From positions 13,297,252-13,361,251 of the forward strand of contig CAVNZM010000003.1 in NCBI GenBank assembly GCA_963693365.1: DNA of 64,000 bases, read 5' to 3'. Source of the DNA: Amoebidium appalachense. Taxonomy: Eukaryota; Protista; Ichthyosporea. Of the stretch, positions 1 to 43,077 are shown one piece after another. A program made the translations under genes and the position numbers. The notes under the pieces are model-generated. The model had not been told where the DNA came from. It made no database searches and worked only from the letters and a program-made list of their open reading frames with translations. The number at the start of each line of letters is the position of its first letter. Within the stretch, counting starts at the first letter, position 1.

Positions 1-421
1 TGTGTGTGGGCATGTGTACGTCTGTGTATGTGTGTACGTGTTAAGGTGTATGTACGTATGTGTGTGTGCGTGGGAGTGTAAGGATGTGTGCATGTGAGTG
101 AGGGCGAGCGCTTTTTCGTGGGAGTAGGTGGTGCTGGTGTGTAAGAATCTGGCATGTGCTTGTTTGTTCATGTGTATACGCAGGTGTGTGTAAGAAAACT
201 ACCAGCTTGCTATATTTTTTCCCTTCAGGCTTCATGGAGAAAGTGTGTGCCTGGTTTCCCTCGGATCCCCCCTCCCCAAACTTTTTTACTTTTTTTTTTT
301 TTTTTTTTTTTTTTCGGTTGTCGGCAACCCTGTACAATGCCCTACTCTCTCACATCTTACCTTCTTCCATCCTCCCTTATCCTTATCACCCCTTGCCGTC
401 CTCTGACCTCTTGTTATGAAC

Positions 422-488
<67 letters not shown>

Positions 489-542
489 ACGCGCGCGCGC
501 ACATACATACACACACATGCACACACCCCCACACCCACACAT

Positions 543-584
<42 letters not shown>

Positions 585-607
585 ACACACCCACCCACCC
601 ACCCACC

Positions 608-648
<41 letters not shown>

Positions 649-739
649 CCCCCCATCCCCTCCCACCCCCCCCTTCATAACTCCCCTCCGCCACCACCAC
701 ACACTATACACACACCCACACACACTTCTGCATGCACAG

Positions 740-7276
<6,537 letters not shown>

Positions 7277-7608
7277 ATAACAAGATATGGCTGACTTAGC
7301 TACCGAAATATGACATCATAACAATAATATAAGATACCGAGATTATATGATGAATGTCTGTTATGCCTTTAGCCAAGTTGCTTCTACCGAAATGAAGTTT
7401 CGATTTTAGAATCTTGTTTGCTTTGGTTGCAATTTATGTCTATTCTGATATCGCCTCCAAACACACACACATGGCCATGCCGATTCATGCTCGCTGTGTA
7501 TATGCAGGTACACGTACAGGTACGTGCCCAAACACCTACACATGAACTGTGGCACGTGCACACACGCGCATGGCATGCGTGAACACACGCTCACAAACCC
7601 AGGCACTG

Positions 7609-7710
<102 letters not shown>

Positions 7711-7739
7711 ACTAGCTCACACTCATTCTCACGCGCAAG

Positions 7740-7845
<106 letters not shown>

Positions 7846-9147
7846 CCTCTCTGGCCTGCTGTTTGCCGGGCTGTCATCCATGTACCTCGAGTCACTCCTG
7901 TCCACATATGACATTAGAGGGGGTGGGGAAAGATTCTGGTCTTGGGTTCTGTTTATCTTCCAATGACGGAAATACGTTAAATTTTATCTCATATTGAAAC
8001 GGAAATGTGTTAAAGACGTTTGCCGCCCTATTATAACCGAAATACGTTTATGTTTATCTTCCAATAACGGAAATACGTTGACGTTTATCTTTCAATAGTG
8101 GAAATACGAGTCTTCCAATAATGGATATAGTATTACGTGTATACGTATTTTCTCCGATAACTGCAATTATTGTTAATTTTCTCCCAATAGCAACAGGGAT
8201 AAACTGTGGGATGACCTCGACGTATGTGCACGTGGAAATTGCTGCTTGCGCGAACATGGAAAAAAAAGAGAAGAAGGCAGAAGAAATAGAACGGAAATGT
8301 TGACCGTCATGTAATCGCATTCTCTCTCCTTCAAGATTTATCTCTCTCTCTCTCGTGCTCTCTGATTCTTTTTTTTTTGCCCCGTGTATTTTCTCGTATT
8401 CTTTCTGCGTTTGTGCATGTTTTTCTTATTTTTGTTTGTTTATTATCTGTTTCCTTTCTTGGGGTTTTGGGCCTTCCCGGGGGATGGGGGGAGGGGGGGG
8501 GGGGGGGGGGGAGGGGGAGGAGGGGGGAGGGGGGGGGGGGAGGAGGGGGGGGGAGGGGGGGGAGGGAAGGGGCCCCCGGGGGGGAGGGGAGGGGGGGGGG
8601 GGGGGGGGGGAGGGAAAGGCAACATATTGTTTTGTGACTTCTTTCTTGTCAAAGGTACTCAGGTAATAATTAAATGAAAGTGTTGCATTTTTCATTTGAG
8701 GATTACCATGACTAAGTACTCTACGAGACATGATATGTTGTAACCTTTCATGAAAATGGCGAATTTCGACAATTTCTCTGTTTCCGATTCAGTTTGGTCC
8801 AGAGCAGCGAATCGCTTACTGCAATACATTATAACAAAATGTGATCCTGACGTGACACTGTATATATATGCCTTGGATAAATCGTAATGAAGGGACAGAA
8901 GGCTCAAATAAATCTTTTGCCCAAAGAACTTAAAGAGAACCATGCATGCATACGACATGGCATGGTACAGCGTTAAACTTCAGGACTACTATGGGGGAAA
9001 CAGTGGAATTCGCTAACCGGATATGTACATGTTGTGGGACGGCCGCGGCGAACACTCATCTAGATATCTGGTGGAAGGTTGTGTGATTGAAAACGCATCG
9101 CCGAGCGTCACGCACGAGCATACACACACACTGAACACACACACACA

Positions 9148-9239
<92 letters not shown>

Positions 9240-9582
9240 GCACACGTATACACACACACACACATGTACACACACGCACGTGTCACACATTGTCAGGTGT
9301 ATGCCTAAGCAATGACTGTTGACTGTCACTGTCCGAACGGTGTGTTTGAGTCAGACTGCAGTGCATAGATTTGAACGTCATTATGTACGTAATACCTTCT
9401 TAACCTAGGAAACTTTTGATTCTGAGTGAGGCTAATGCCATGATGATTTGGTGTGTGCCAGTGTGTAACTATGTTTGTGTGGTGGAGGACTCGTGATGGT
9501 GTTGGTGTTGGTGGTGGTGGTGGCCGGTAGGGGATCCTAGGGTGGGTGGGTGGGTGTGTGGGTGGGGGGTGGGTGTGTGGGT

Positions 9583-9622
<40 letters not shown>

Positions 9623-11909
9623 ACCGGTTTACAAATTTAATAGGGCCCATCAATACACTTAATGAATTTGTTCACAAAGACGTGTCTACAAATTCATTAT
9701 GTCAATAGGCTACTCACTGTGTTACACTGAGTTCTACTTATTATTCTCGATGTCTCGTGAGCACTGAGACAGAAGAATAGTGAGCAGAAATAGATCACAG
9801 AGTACTCAGTCGGCTGACGCGTGTAGTAGACGTCGCGGACTTTCTCGGAATGGCAACGTCAACTTGTACCGTAGTCACAACATGTGGGCATTCGATCGCG
9901 ATACTTGTATGTATCATCGATATCAGATCTGGGCTGGTTCTCTGAAATAAAGAATTTGTAATTAGCTCTCGTAATGCCAGCAGTAAAAACACATGATTAT
10001 TACAGTTTCGTTACTAATAACCACAACAATTCCAATGTTTCAAAGCTTCGTGCATAGTATCGAAAAGCCTTCAAAGGGTTGTCGGCTGGATATCTTTAGC
10101 CTATTACGGTAGCGCTGGCCATGCATGGCCGGCGTTTTACATTTACATTTGGTTATGTATATCGATGTTACAGGTAAAAAAAAGAGAGAGAAATTATTTC
10201 TCCCTTCTCCATTCTTTCGTCTTTGAATTTTCTCGATCTTCTTTCTTCCGTTTTCCCGTCCGTTTGCACGTGTACGGGAGTCGGGAGTCGGACTCCACAT
10301 CCCGAAGGGATCTGGTTTGCATACCTGAAATAGCACGTGTATAAAATCTATCAACTGAGGCATTCCTACCAAATTCCAGGCATAAGCCATAGATGTGGGA
10401 ATACCATTTTGTTTGGCGGTGCATTGGAACAAGTTTTTTTTTAAAACTTGTGGTAAACGGTTTTAACGGCTCAGATCAATAGGGGAAAGACCCAATACCA
10501 TTTTTATATGTTGCTATGGTAGTTAAACATTAATGCATAGAATAGTGCTCACAGGCTGAGATACCTCAAATTGGATTGGTTCAGCGAATCTAATATAATT
10601 CTGCCCACGTGTACCGACCCCCCTCCCCCATTTTTTTTTCACCAATCTTTCCCAGAATAATAATCTTAAGTTCATTGCTTCATCCACTCTGTATCATTTG
10701 ATGGTGTATTGTCCCAAATTATACAATAATGAACAAAAACAAATTTAAAAGTGGACCTATACTGACGTATTACCAAGTTCTTGAAAAGAATATTAGTTAG
10801 GTCGTGGTCCAGGTAGTTTGTGAAATGCTGAAAGTTTAACTTTGATAAAGGCTCCCCCCATAGAGTAGAAATTCCACTTGGTAAAACGAATCACTCCGGT
10901 CCCCGTTCGGAACGCCGTGGGAGGAGGGAACAGAAAGCAAAAAGGGGAGGATAAAGAAAGGAGAAAGACAAATAGGCAGACGAAATATATTTTATGGGTT
11001 TTATGAGGTTTAAGCCGTGATTTTTTCTGCCGCACTTGCATTTTGGGTAGAAGCACACTGTACGCGTGACATTCCTGATGGTACTAACTGAGAGGAAAAT
11101 AACAATTTGTCCCACTAGGGGGATCGAGCGCTTTTGGGGTCGGACAAGCATAACTGCAAAGGAATATACTAAAATTAATATATACTAATTGGCAGGGAAT
11201 TACTCTTCCCTTGTTTTTTCTCTACCATTATTTTATCTGCTGTAAAGAATCTAATACATAATAATTATAGCCCGACATCAGTATGATTGAAGCCGTAAAT
11301 ATTATTATGTAGTACGTTACGTGCCATCGCATGCCCGATGCTCGATCAATATTGTCGGTAAAGGGCGCTAGCGCTTTCACAGGCAGATCGAGAGGACCAG
11401 CATACAGCCGCGTGACCTCTTGTGCACGTCAGGCAGCTGCAGGAATAGGGTAAACTTTGGATTTCAAGGCCCGCACGTCGTAGCCCCTCCCCGGCTCAGC
11501 TTTACAAAAAAAAAGGGCAAAGTGTGACACACTGTGAAGGCAGACCTTTTTCCTGTGGTGTTAGTGCCTGAGTGCCCACGTACTACTATTAACTGATCTG
11601 ATTAGTAGTGGGCTTAAGCTGAACCCCGGCTAAACTCAGTTTTGTTGCAAGGCAGAGAGAGTTCAAGACGATTTGACATGTTTAACTGCTGGCTTACCTT
11701 CAAGTTGTAGCCGTATCTAAAAACTACTGTAGGCAAAGTTTACTGAGGCAAGGATCTGCGTGCACGTCAGTATCATAGCATTCACTCGGTCATGTTGCGT
11801 TAAACGGTTACCGTGAATTACGGCTTGTCTTTTTGGTGCCCGGCCCGGTACCCCTTTATTGTTGCTTCTTTCTTCCACACCGTGTGCTACATAACCCCCA
11901 CTAGCCACC

Positions 11910-34908
<22,999 letters not shown>

Positions 34909-35627
34909 CCACAGTGAAGCAAATGCCGTTTGCATGGAGCATGAAGCATGAGAGTAGTATGTAGCAGAATCTAGACATATCTAGATCTGCTAGGAAAAGT
35001 TCCCTATATTTTCTATATAGGTATTGTTTTCCAATGTTAAGAAGGTCCGAATCATAATAATATTAATCAATCTGGTGAGCGCTTGGTGTCCGAGAACAGT
35101 GTTATAATGTATGGCGGAACATCATTTATGAGGTATCTGTAATATCTGGTCAGAGTCGATATATGGTTCATGATATATACAAGATAAATGAAGAGTATAT
35201 GGCTATAGATGCGATTCATATATATCGCACTATATATAAGTCATATCATATAAAGATACTAGTACGGATCTAGATGCGAATCATATATATTGCACTATAT
35301 TTAAGTCATACCATACATAAGATAAGAGTATGGATGATATATGTGATTCATATATATCCTTATCATATTACAATAGATTCATATATTGTGTATGAATAAA
35401 GTCCGACAAAGCCTTAATTTTGGAATATTGGATGTAGCCACCTACGGGAATCTCATTTCCAGACCCTCGGACCCCTACCACGTAATACCCACATATCTTT
35501 GCAATTGCAATCAAGCACTTGCAATTGCAAGGACGAAAGGAAATACAATCATCGGAATTTCACCAATCCTGTGCACATGGGCTGGTGGAGGGGCGACGCA
35601 GCCAGCTAGGCTAAGAATGTTGCACGC

Positions 35628-35862
35628 GAGGGCCCAACCATATCGGCTGAGTCAACTTGTTCCGAGGAGAATTATTCTGCAAAAAGCAGAATTATTCTGC
35701 AAAAGCAGAATCAATCCGCTAAAAGCAGAATTATTCTGCAAAAGCAGAATCAATCTGCTAAACGCAGAATTATTCCGCTAAAAGCAGAATTATTCTGCTG
35801 TCGAAAGCAGAATAATTCTGCTTTTTGCGGAACAATTATGCTAAGATCAGAATGATTCTGCT
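35628..35862. mobile_element. Truncated copy of a MITE/foldback-like element (same family as 45471-45688)
   Basis: Left end gcccaaccatatcggctgagtcaactt matches the TIR of the 45.5 kb copy; interior built of gcagaattattctgc palindromes; no right TIR seen. Confidence 0.75.
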
Positions 35863-36166
35863 AATTTATCATCAATTAAGGGGTCCCTTTATGGTAGCAT
35901 TTCAGTGTCTGATCAGATTGGTTGATCGTCCAAACTACCCTTTTCCGGATACTTATTGAATCTGCACATCGGATGCCAGGTCCTAATATGAAACCTCTAC
36001 TAAAGGGACTCTGCCTTAAGGGTAACCTGCGCCCTCCCCACTTCTCCCCCCCCCCCCCCCCCCCCTGCCCCCCCCCATCCCTCCCTGCCCCACCAAGTCC
36101 TGTACATACATATTGTAAAAGGGGAAGGGGGGGGGGGGGGGATGAAGAACAGAGTGTTCCACATAC

Positions 36167-36338
36167 CATAGTATCTAAGGTCGTACGTGGCCAGGTGAAG
36201 GTCCCCCTGTAGAGTGCAAGCAGTGTGATGGGTTAATGCACGCAGATCATGATGTTGTCCCCCCACCCCCCCACCCCAAATAAAAAACACACGCACACGC
36301 TGACACGCACACAACACACAACACACAACACACAACAC

Positions 36339-36372
<34 letters not shown>

Positions 36373-36952
36373 TCCAATCCAACTGAACCCAACTCAACCA
36401 TGGCCACCGCCACCTTCAGAATTTCCCAAAGAGGGTAAAATAGCTCTCGTGCAAACGCCAATGAAAGCCTTACCTTGAGAAAATAAAATTGAGGAAACGA
36501 AAGGGCATGATTTGCGGCCAACCGAGCAACGCTGTTTTCTTTGCTTCATTTCATTCTTTCTTCCTTTATTTCTATTTTTTGCCCCTTCGGCTTGTTGAAG
36601 CAAAATCATTAGGTCATGGCAGGATCATCATGCTCCAAACAGAATTATAGTACTTAGAGCAGATTCTGGAAGGTTGCCATCAAAAGAGAGCTATTACGCC
36701 ATATTCACCAAGCACTTTTATGGTGTTGATCCCGGTTGGTTTCTTCCCAACCTTCCCAACGGTGGGTGAGAAAAGGCGGGGGGGGGGGGGGGGGGGGGGG
36801 AGGGGAGGGGGAGGAAGGGGGGGGGGGGGGGGGGGGATAGACATGTACAGAGTACGAAGTCGAAATGCGAAATTGTAGGCAGGGGAGAAAAAAAAAGAAA
36901 AGAAAAACGGAGCCTTATGAGAAAAGTAAGAGCACACACAAAGAATATTCAT

Positions 36953-36985
<33 letters not shown>

Positions 36986-37810
36986 TGGTATACTACAGAA
37001 AACGAATGTCTCCAGTTAGAATGCATTAGCAGCACAGTTTATCAGCCAAAAAAGTTTTTAAACACCCTCAAGCAAGCCCACAACTTGTTTAAGATTCGGA
37101 CATCCACTCATTATCGTGCACAAGTGCACATGCAGAAACACCCACCCATGCGTTGCAGGTAGACTTGTTGGTCTGGGCTGCTGCTGCTAGAGCGCCCGCC
37201 GGTGCATATCCCTGAAGGGTGGCTTGCAAATTGTTGAAATTTGGATCCAAACTCGTGGATGTGAGCGGGAAGAGAACAACGTCGCCAGGCTGACGGGTGG
37301 TGCCGGGGCGTCTCAACGCATTTACGCACTGGGGGATATACCAATTTTGAGGCGTGAAAGTTAGCTGGCACAGGTCCATCGCAATGATATCCGATTGGGT
37401 GTTTGTGATGGTAACGGTGACTTTGCTGCCAGGGGGGCTGGTGAGATTTACGCAGAACGGCTGAGGACTTGTTATGTTTTTGTCCAGATTGATCGCCGAC
37501 GGCAGGACCATGATATCGCTGGCTAGGCCTGGGATGAGGTATTCCTCCGGAATTTCCGTGAAAGAAAGATAGCCGGGTGGCTTCCAGAAAACTCGGATGA
37601 TTCCGTCACCATCTGTGAAAAAATGGTTCTGTCATGACATGTTTCTTTCTTTTTTCTTTTTCTTTTTTTTTTTCCTGGCAGTGACTATTGGGTTTCCTGG
37701 AGTTAGATACCACACACAAAGCAGCATCGAGTTAAAACTGGGGGGGGGGGGGGGGGGGGGGGGGGAAGGCTAGTGGTGGGCAGGTGACTGTCACATGACG
37801 GTACAGGGCG

Positions 37811-37888
<78 letters not shown>

Positions 37889-38764
37889 GGCGTGTGTGCG
37901 TGTGTGCGCGCGCGTGCCCATGTGTGTGTGTGCGTGTGTGTGTGCATGTGTGCGTGTGTGCGTGTGTGTGTGTGTGCGTGTGTGCGTGCGTGCGTGCGTG
38001 TGTGCGTGTGTGTATGTGTGTGCGTTCGCGTGCTACGGTAGGTTTATGTGTGGGTGGGTAGGTGGGTGGGTGCCACCAGTCTGTGTGCAAGTAAAAGTAT
38101 GACTCTGCATGTGTGGTTCGCGTCTAACAGTGTGGCCCAATGATTGTTCGTGGCAGGGTGGGGTAGCGGGCTGCGTGTGTTGGTACTGTGCGGATGAGAG
38201 GGAGCCCCGAGGGGGAGGACTCGGAGGGGGGGGGGGGGGGGGTTTCAGAAATCAGCACTTACATTGATTAGGCTCAAATGCCGTGATAGGCACAAGCTGC
38301 CCTTGCTTGTATGTCTGGCTTGCCCCAGAAACATGGGAGTTTGACAAAGTGAGCTTTGCATATTGGTTGTTAGGGTCCTTCACGTGGAGGGTAGCACAAT
38401 CGTCCGCGAAAGCAATCGAATACTGATAGTCGCCAACGCACGGAATGATTACTCGGGCCTTAAGAACCGCACCGTTCCCATTTACACTGTTATCGGTAAA
38501 CCACCCGTATAGAGTGTAGTTAAGGTAGGTGAAAGGGGGGGGGCACGAACAAATTTCCAAGCCCGCTGTAGTCGAACGTTTCCCAGCTATGTGCGACCGG
38601 AGCACTGGAAACGTTGGAAGGGTTGGCTTTGGGGGTATAGCGCCCGCCAACGTATCCGTGGTTAACGTAGTAAAACGTCTTGGTGATTTTGGAGAGGGCA
38701 AGCGTTTTGCGGGTGGGGGCCATGCTCCGGCAGACGTGCATGTGTTGTTGGGGTCGACTGGAAC
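36167..38764 (-). pseudogene. Fragment of an extracellular protein gene: PA14-like domain, Ig/Calx-beta-like segment, start of a vWF type D domain
   Basis: Exons 38764-38263, 37612-37146, 36206-36167 with matching phases. Motifs GDYQYSIAFADDCATLHV and YGDGIIRVFWKPPG...IPEEYL (PA14), LTFTPQNWYIPQCV, TCNAW|GDLHLATYD (vWD GDPHxxTFD-like). First exon seems to need frameshifts near 38705 and at the G run near 38540; no upstream or downstream exons found. Confidence 0.6.
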
Positions 38765-38941
38765 CTGTCGCCATTTTGTTTTGATTAGTAAATTATAAAT
38801 AAACCAAGTAAAGCTAACTTATAATTAGAGGGGCTCCCGACGGTTTTCGTCACAAATCATAAGACGAGCGCATCATCAAGGTGCCCAAGTCATCGAGTCA
38901 ACATTGCCCGGACGGGGGAGGGGGGGAGGGAGGAAACAAAA

Positions 38942-39038
38942 AGGTTTTATTTGTGGAATTTATTGACATAAATATTTTTTCTGGGTAAACACGTAGGATG
39001 GGTGTTCGGTATCAACATAACCATGTAGGCTTCATTTC
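38942..39038 (+). repeat. Ngaro split direct repeat A1 (copy A2 at 44248-44344)
   Basis: aggttttatttgtgg...gtaggcttcatttc identical by eye at both positions. Confidence 0.95.
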
Positions 39039-39085
39039 GTGTTTTAGCAGTTCGCGGTTGGCTGCCCGCACACGGGCACCTATTA

Positions 39086-39205
39086 GCCAATCAAAACATC
39101 AGATTCCACATATCACTAGACCGAGTTTTGATTGGCTCGGATCAGATTTCACATATCACTAGATCAATTTTGATTGGCTCAGATCGGTAGGCTTAGGTAT
39201 ATAAG
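39086..39205 (+). promoter_or_regulatory. Putative internal promoter of the Ngaro element
   Basis: Three CCAAT/ATTGG boxes, duplicated atcagatt(c/t)cacatatcactaga, and tatataag at about 39198, roughly 120 nt before the gag ATG. Confidence 0.5.
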
Positions 39206-39321
39206 CACGACAGTTTTTAGCAGATCAGCAAGCTACAAACACATCTTCTGTGTTTAGCACCCACAGCCTTACAGCTATATATTCCTTTTCATTCTCTCTA
39301 TCTTTCCCTCCGCCGGCCAGC

Positions 39322-40485
39322 ATGCCGCCGAAAAAGCGCCAGGCCTCAGCCACCGCCCCTGCCGCGGCACCTAAGCGCCTGACCCGCAGCGACCTCCGCC
39401 ACAGGCTGACCAACGCTCCCGCGGGCCCTGACGCGCCTCCGGAGGCCCACACCACCACGGACCCTCCGGCTACTCTCCCCTCTACTCCTGAAGTCCCTCC
39501 TCAGGCCCCGCCGTCCCTGCCGATGACTTCTCAAGAAGCCGTCCTTGCCGCCCTCACCGCCATCAGCACCCAGATGGCTGGCGTCCTGGCCGCTCTCACC
39601 AACCGCGACCCTCCCGCGCCCCCCGCCGCGCCCTCCGCACCCGGGGAGGTTTCCCCGGGGCTGCATCTCGGCCCTGACCTGGACCTACCTGCCCTGCCCG
39701 TGCCCCCCATTACAGGTGAGAACACTGGCGACATTCAGCCGGGCACACTGCCGCTTCCCCCCGCGGATGTGCTGGCAGATTTGCGCGCCAATCGTTTCGT
39801 CGACCTGTATAAGTTCACCCCCGCAGCCCTCCTGGCCCCATCCAAGAAAGGTCAGCAGCTGCGCATGGCCGACGACGGCAGCATCGAGGCTTTTCGCAAT
39901 GACAAACCCGTTCCCCTGCATTCACTCGTCATTTGGATCCAAGCTTGGACCCATTACATGGCCGCCAAGCACCACCTCGACCTCCCCACGGACAATGACG
40001 TACTTTGGACTCAGCACATCACTCGCCTCAGCACCCGATACCCGTGGGCCCAGATCCACAACTATGACGTATACGCCCGTACCGTTGCCCACCAGCAGGG
40101 TCGGGCTCCGATCGAGTGTCCCAACCTGCTCGCCCAACTCCACCAGGATCTCCTCCTGCCACCCACTCTGCTCATCCCGGACGCATGTCAGCGCTGTGGC
40201 TTCCCCGACCACCCCAGCGCGGCCTGCCCCATGTACCCCAAGCCCGGCTGTGGTCTTGACGGCTTCAAGCCGCCCCACAAGCCCGGCGGGGGACAAACCC
40301 CCAACCGCCCTGGCCCGCAACCCGGCCCGGCAAAACCGGCCCGACCCGTGGATCTACCCGCGACGCACTGCAGGAATTTCCACATTAGCGGTCGGTCCTG
40401 CGCTAAGCAGCCCTGCCCCTTCTCACACGTGTGCCCGCTCTGCTCTGGCCCACACCCCCGCAAAGACTGCAAGCACCATGCCTAG
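39322..40485 (+). CDS. gag: Ngaro Gag-like protein (387 aa, open)
   Basis: MPPKKRQ...; FVDL, WxxAWxxY, YxWxxIxxYDxxxR motifs; zinc fingers CQRCGFPDHPSAAC and CRNFHISGRSCAKQPCPFSHVCPLCSGPHPRKDC. Confidence 0.85.
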   Translation: MPPKKRQASATAPAAAPKRLTRSDLRHRLTNAPAGPDAPPEAHTTTDPPATLPSTPEVPPQAPPSLPMTSQEAVLAALTAISTQMAGVLAALTNRDPPAPPAAPSAPGEVSPGLHLGPDLDLPALPVPPITGENTGDIQPGTLPLPPADVLADLRANRFVDLYKFTPAALLAPSKKGQQLRMADDGSIEAFRNDKPVPLHSLVIWIQAWTHYMAAKHHLDLPTDNDVLWTQHITRLSTRYPWAQIHNYDVYARTVAHQQGRAPIECPNLLAQLHQDLLLPPTLLIPDACQRCGFPDHPSAACPMYPKPGCGLDGFKPPHKPGGGQTPNRPGPQPGPAKPARPVDLPATHCRNFHISGRSCAKQPCPFSHVCPLCSGPHPRKDCKHHA

Positions 40486-40982
40486 TCAACGCGCACACCC
40501 ACACACACAGATAGAACATAGGGGCTAGGAGCTAGGACACACGGGTACAAGGAAACGGAGCTCGGGAGAACGGGCCAATAGGGCTGAGTACAAATTTTCG
40601 CAGGCCAACTACGGCGCCCGCGCGCGCCAAGAATAAATGTCCCTACACAAAGACGTTATTCTGGCCACTGCACTTAATTTTACTCCCTCCCCATCCCACG
40701 AGCCTCCCCCCCCCTTACACTCACCTAGCACTCCCTCCCCCCCCTTCTTCTACCTCTGTGTCCGCCCACTGACCCCCGCGTGCTCGGGCATCCCCTGCAC
40801 AGGGCCCCGCTGCCCTCCCTGCAAACTCTCCCTCGGGCCCAGCTGCCCTACTCTAACCCCCCCGGGGCCCTACTGCCCCCCCCCCCTCCCCCCCTCCCCC
40901 CCCCCCCCCCCCCCCCCCCCGCTGCCGGGATCTCCCCGAGGGTGCCCCACCCTTGCTAACCACACCTTCCCCCGAGGCTCAG

Positions 40983-43052
40983 ACCCGGAGGCCCGCCCGC
41001 TGCTCCAGCACCACATTGACACCTCCCGCCTCCGGGAGCTGCTGGCATCCTACCCAGACCAATCATTCGCCGCGCAGCTCCTCCACGATGTCGAATTCGG
41101 TGTCGACATCGGCTATCGCGGCCCCTCCACCTCTCGGGTGGGCCCCAACCTACCCACCACCCCGGCTGCTGCTGCCGCTATCACGGCGGATATTGCCAAC
41201 GAAGTCGCCCTCGGCCACCTGCGCGGCCCCCTCTCCCCGGACCAATTCTTCGACGATTTTCCGGTCCACCGTTCCTCCCCCATCGGCGCCGTCACTAAAA
41301 AAGGGAACCCCCCCAAGTACCGTCGAATCCACCACCTCTCATGGCCCCGGGGCAGCAGCGTCAATGACAGCGTCACCTACGCCGACGAACTTCAGTACAT
41401 TCGAGCCCGGGACGTCACCCAGCTCATTCTCGACGCAGGCCCCGGCTGCTACATGGCCGTGGCAGACGTGCAGGCTGCCTTCCGGCACATGCCCATCCGA
41501 CCAGAAGACCATCACTTAATGGCATTCAAATGGCAGGGGCATTTTTACGTTGACACCCGACTGCCCTTCGGCCTGAAATCTAGCCCAGCCATCTGGGAAC
41601 GGATCGCGGCCACCCTCCAGTGGCTGGCACACCAGCACGGTGTTACCCTCATCCGCCACTACGTGGACGCCTGGTGGATTATTGTCGCCCCCACCCACGA
41701 GCAGTGCCAACGTCACCTATCCACCTTCCTGCAACTCTGCCGAGAGCTGCACATTGCCATCTCCGAAGACAAGATGCAGGGCCCGGCTACCCGTATCGTC
41801 TTCATCGGTATCGAATTCGACTCCGTCACCATGGAGGCACGGATCCCTGCTTCCAAACTCTCGGACCTACTCGACCTCACTTCCCACCCAACACCCACCA
41901 TCACCATTCGGGACCTGCAATCCCTCCTTGGCAAACTCCGAGTCACCTGGTGTGCCCAGCTGGTTCCCCCCGGACGGGCCTTCTCCCAGCGCCTATGGGC
42001 CCTTCTCTGAAACCACCCACACCTTGCCGGGCACCACCACATATGGCTGTCTGCTGCCGCCTGGGCAGACATAACCGAATGGCACCAGTTCCTCACATCA
42101 TGGAACGGGGTGCACCTTATCACCCCCCCCCACATACACCACCCTGGCCACCGATGCTGCCGGGTCAGTGGGTCTAGGGGGCCACTGGCTCGACCAATGG
42201 TTTTTCATGCCCTGGTCTCCCTCCACCCAAGCCCTCTATGCTCACGAGGGTAAACTCGGTTCCTCCTGTTGGAAGTAGAGTCCGCTGTGTAGAGTCGTCG
42301 TGGCGCGCTTGGGCGCTGACCCGTTTTTTTACTGCTTTCAGTGTGTTAACTCCATGACTGAACTCCATGACTGAACTCCATGACTGAACTCCATGACTGA
42401 ACTCCATGACTGAACTCCATGTCTGCACCTGGCAGAGACGTGGGTTATATACCCGTGGGGCAGCAGTCTGGAATGTAATCCGGATGCCAGGCGCTAATCG
42501 GATTGGTTACTTTCATTTAGAGATCTCTGGGACCAGTGAACCAATCGTTTGCAGTCAAAACACAATTGGCAACATTCCTCAACTATGCAGATGTGCATGT
42601 GATGATCGAGTGTCAGCGTGTGTCTGTGTACACGGAACCAATTGTAAAGCAAGCTAACATACACATATTGTGGAGTGAGCGTAAGTCTGCACTCCAACAC
42701 CTCCGTCATCGAACTCTTGGCCATCGCAGCCGCCGTGGCCCTCTGGGCCCCCTCCTGGTCCACCCACCATGTCCGTATTTTATGCGACAACACGGGTGCT
42801 GTGTCTGACCTGCACTCCCGGTCTTCCCCCCACCCCGTGATGGCCAAACTTATTCGGTTCATCACCCGCATGGAAATGCAATACCAATTTACGTTACAGG
42901 CCTCCTACCTACCGGGACCCCTCAACCATCTAGCCGATGCCATTTCTCGTAACCAACTTCCCCGAGCCCGACGACTCCGACCTTCCCTGCAACCGGAGCC
43001 CTGCCCCTTCCCCTCCTGGGCCCACGAGTTCCTATCCTATCCCCTGGGCTAA
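40983..43052 (+). pseudogene. pol: Ngaro reverse transcriptase/RNase H, disrupted
   Basis: KYRRIHHLSWP, DVQAAFRHMPI, LPFGLKSSP; catalytic YVDD reads YVDA; in-frame TGA at 42008-42010; frameshift in C run near 42125; TDAAG..ELLAI..CDN..N.LADAISR RNase H motifs split by a 447-bp insertion. Confidence 0.88.
42237..42683. mobile_element. 447-bp insertion in the Ngaro RNase H with short imperfect terminal inverted repeats
   Basis: Ends tatgctcac...gtgagcgta (8/9 inverted match); removal restores ...WSPSTQAL|SLHSNTSVIELL...; contains six 13-bp repeats aactccatgactg at 42348-42425. Confidence 0.7.
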
Positions 43053-43077
43053 CACCCCCCCCCCCCCCCCCCCCCAG

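Noticed and set aside
229-253. Small upstream exon of the first gene
   Set aside because: Acceptor is plausible but the donor is ambiguous; one choice creates TGA at the junction.
9660-10020. Hammerhead ribozyme, tRNA or C/D snoRNA
   Set aside because: No CUGAnGA/GAAA core in the right arrangement, no cloverleaf, no paired C and D boxes found by eye.
40637-40982. ATG at 40637 as the RT start
   Set aside because: The 115-codon extension is low-complexity, runs through a poly-C tract and ends at a branch point plus acceptor; an intron is the better reading, though not excluded.
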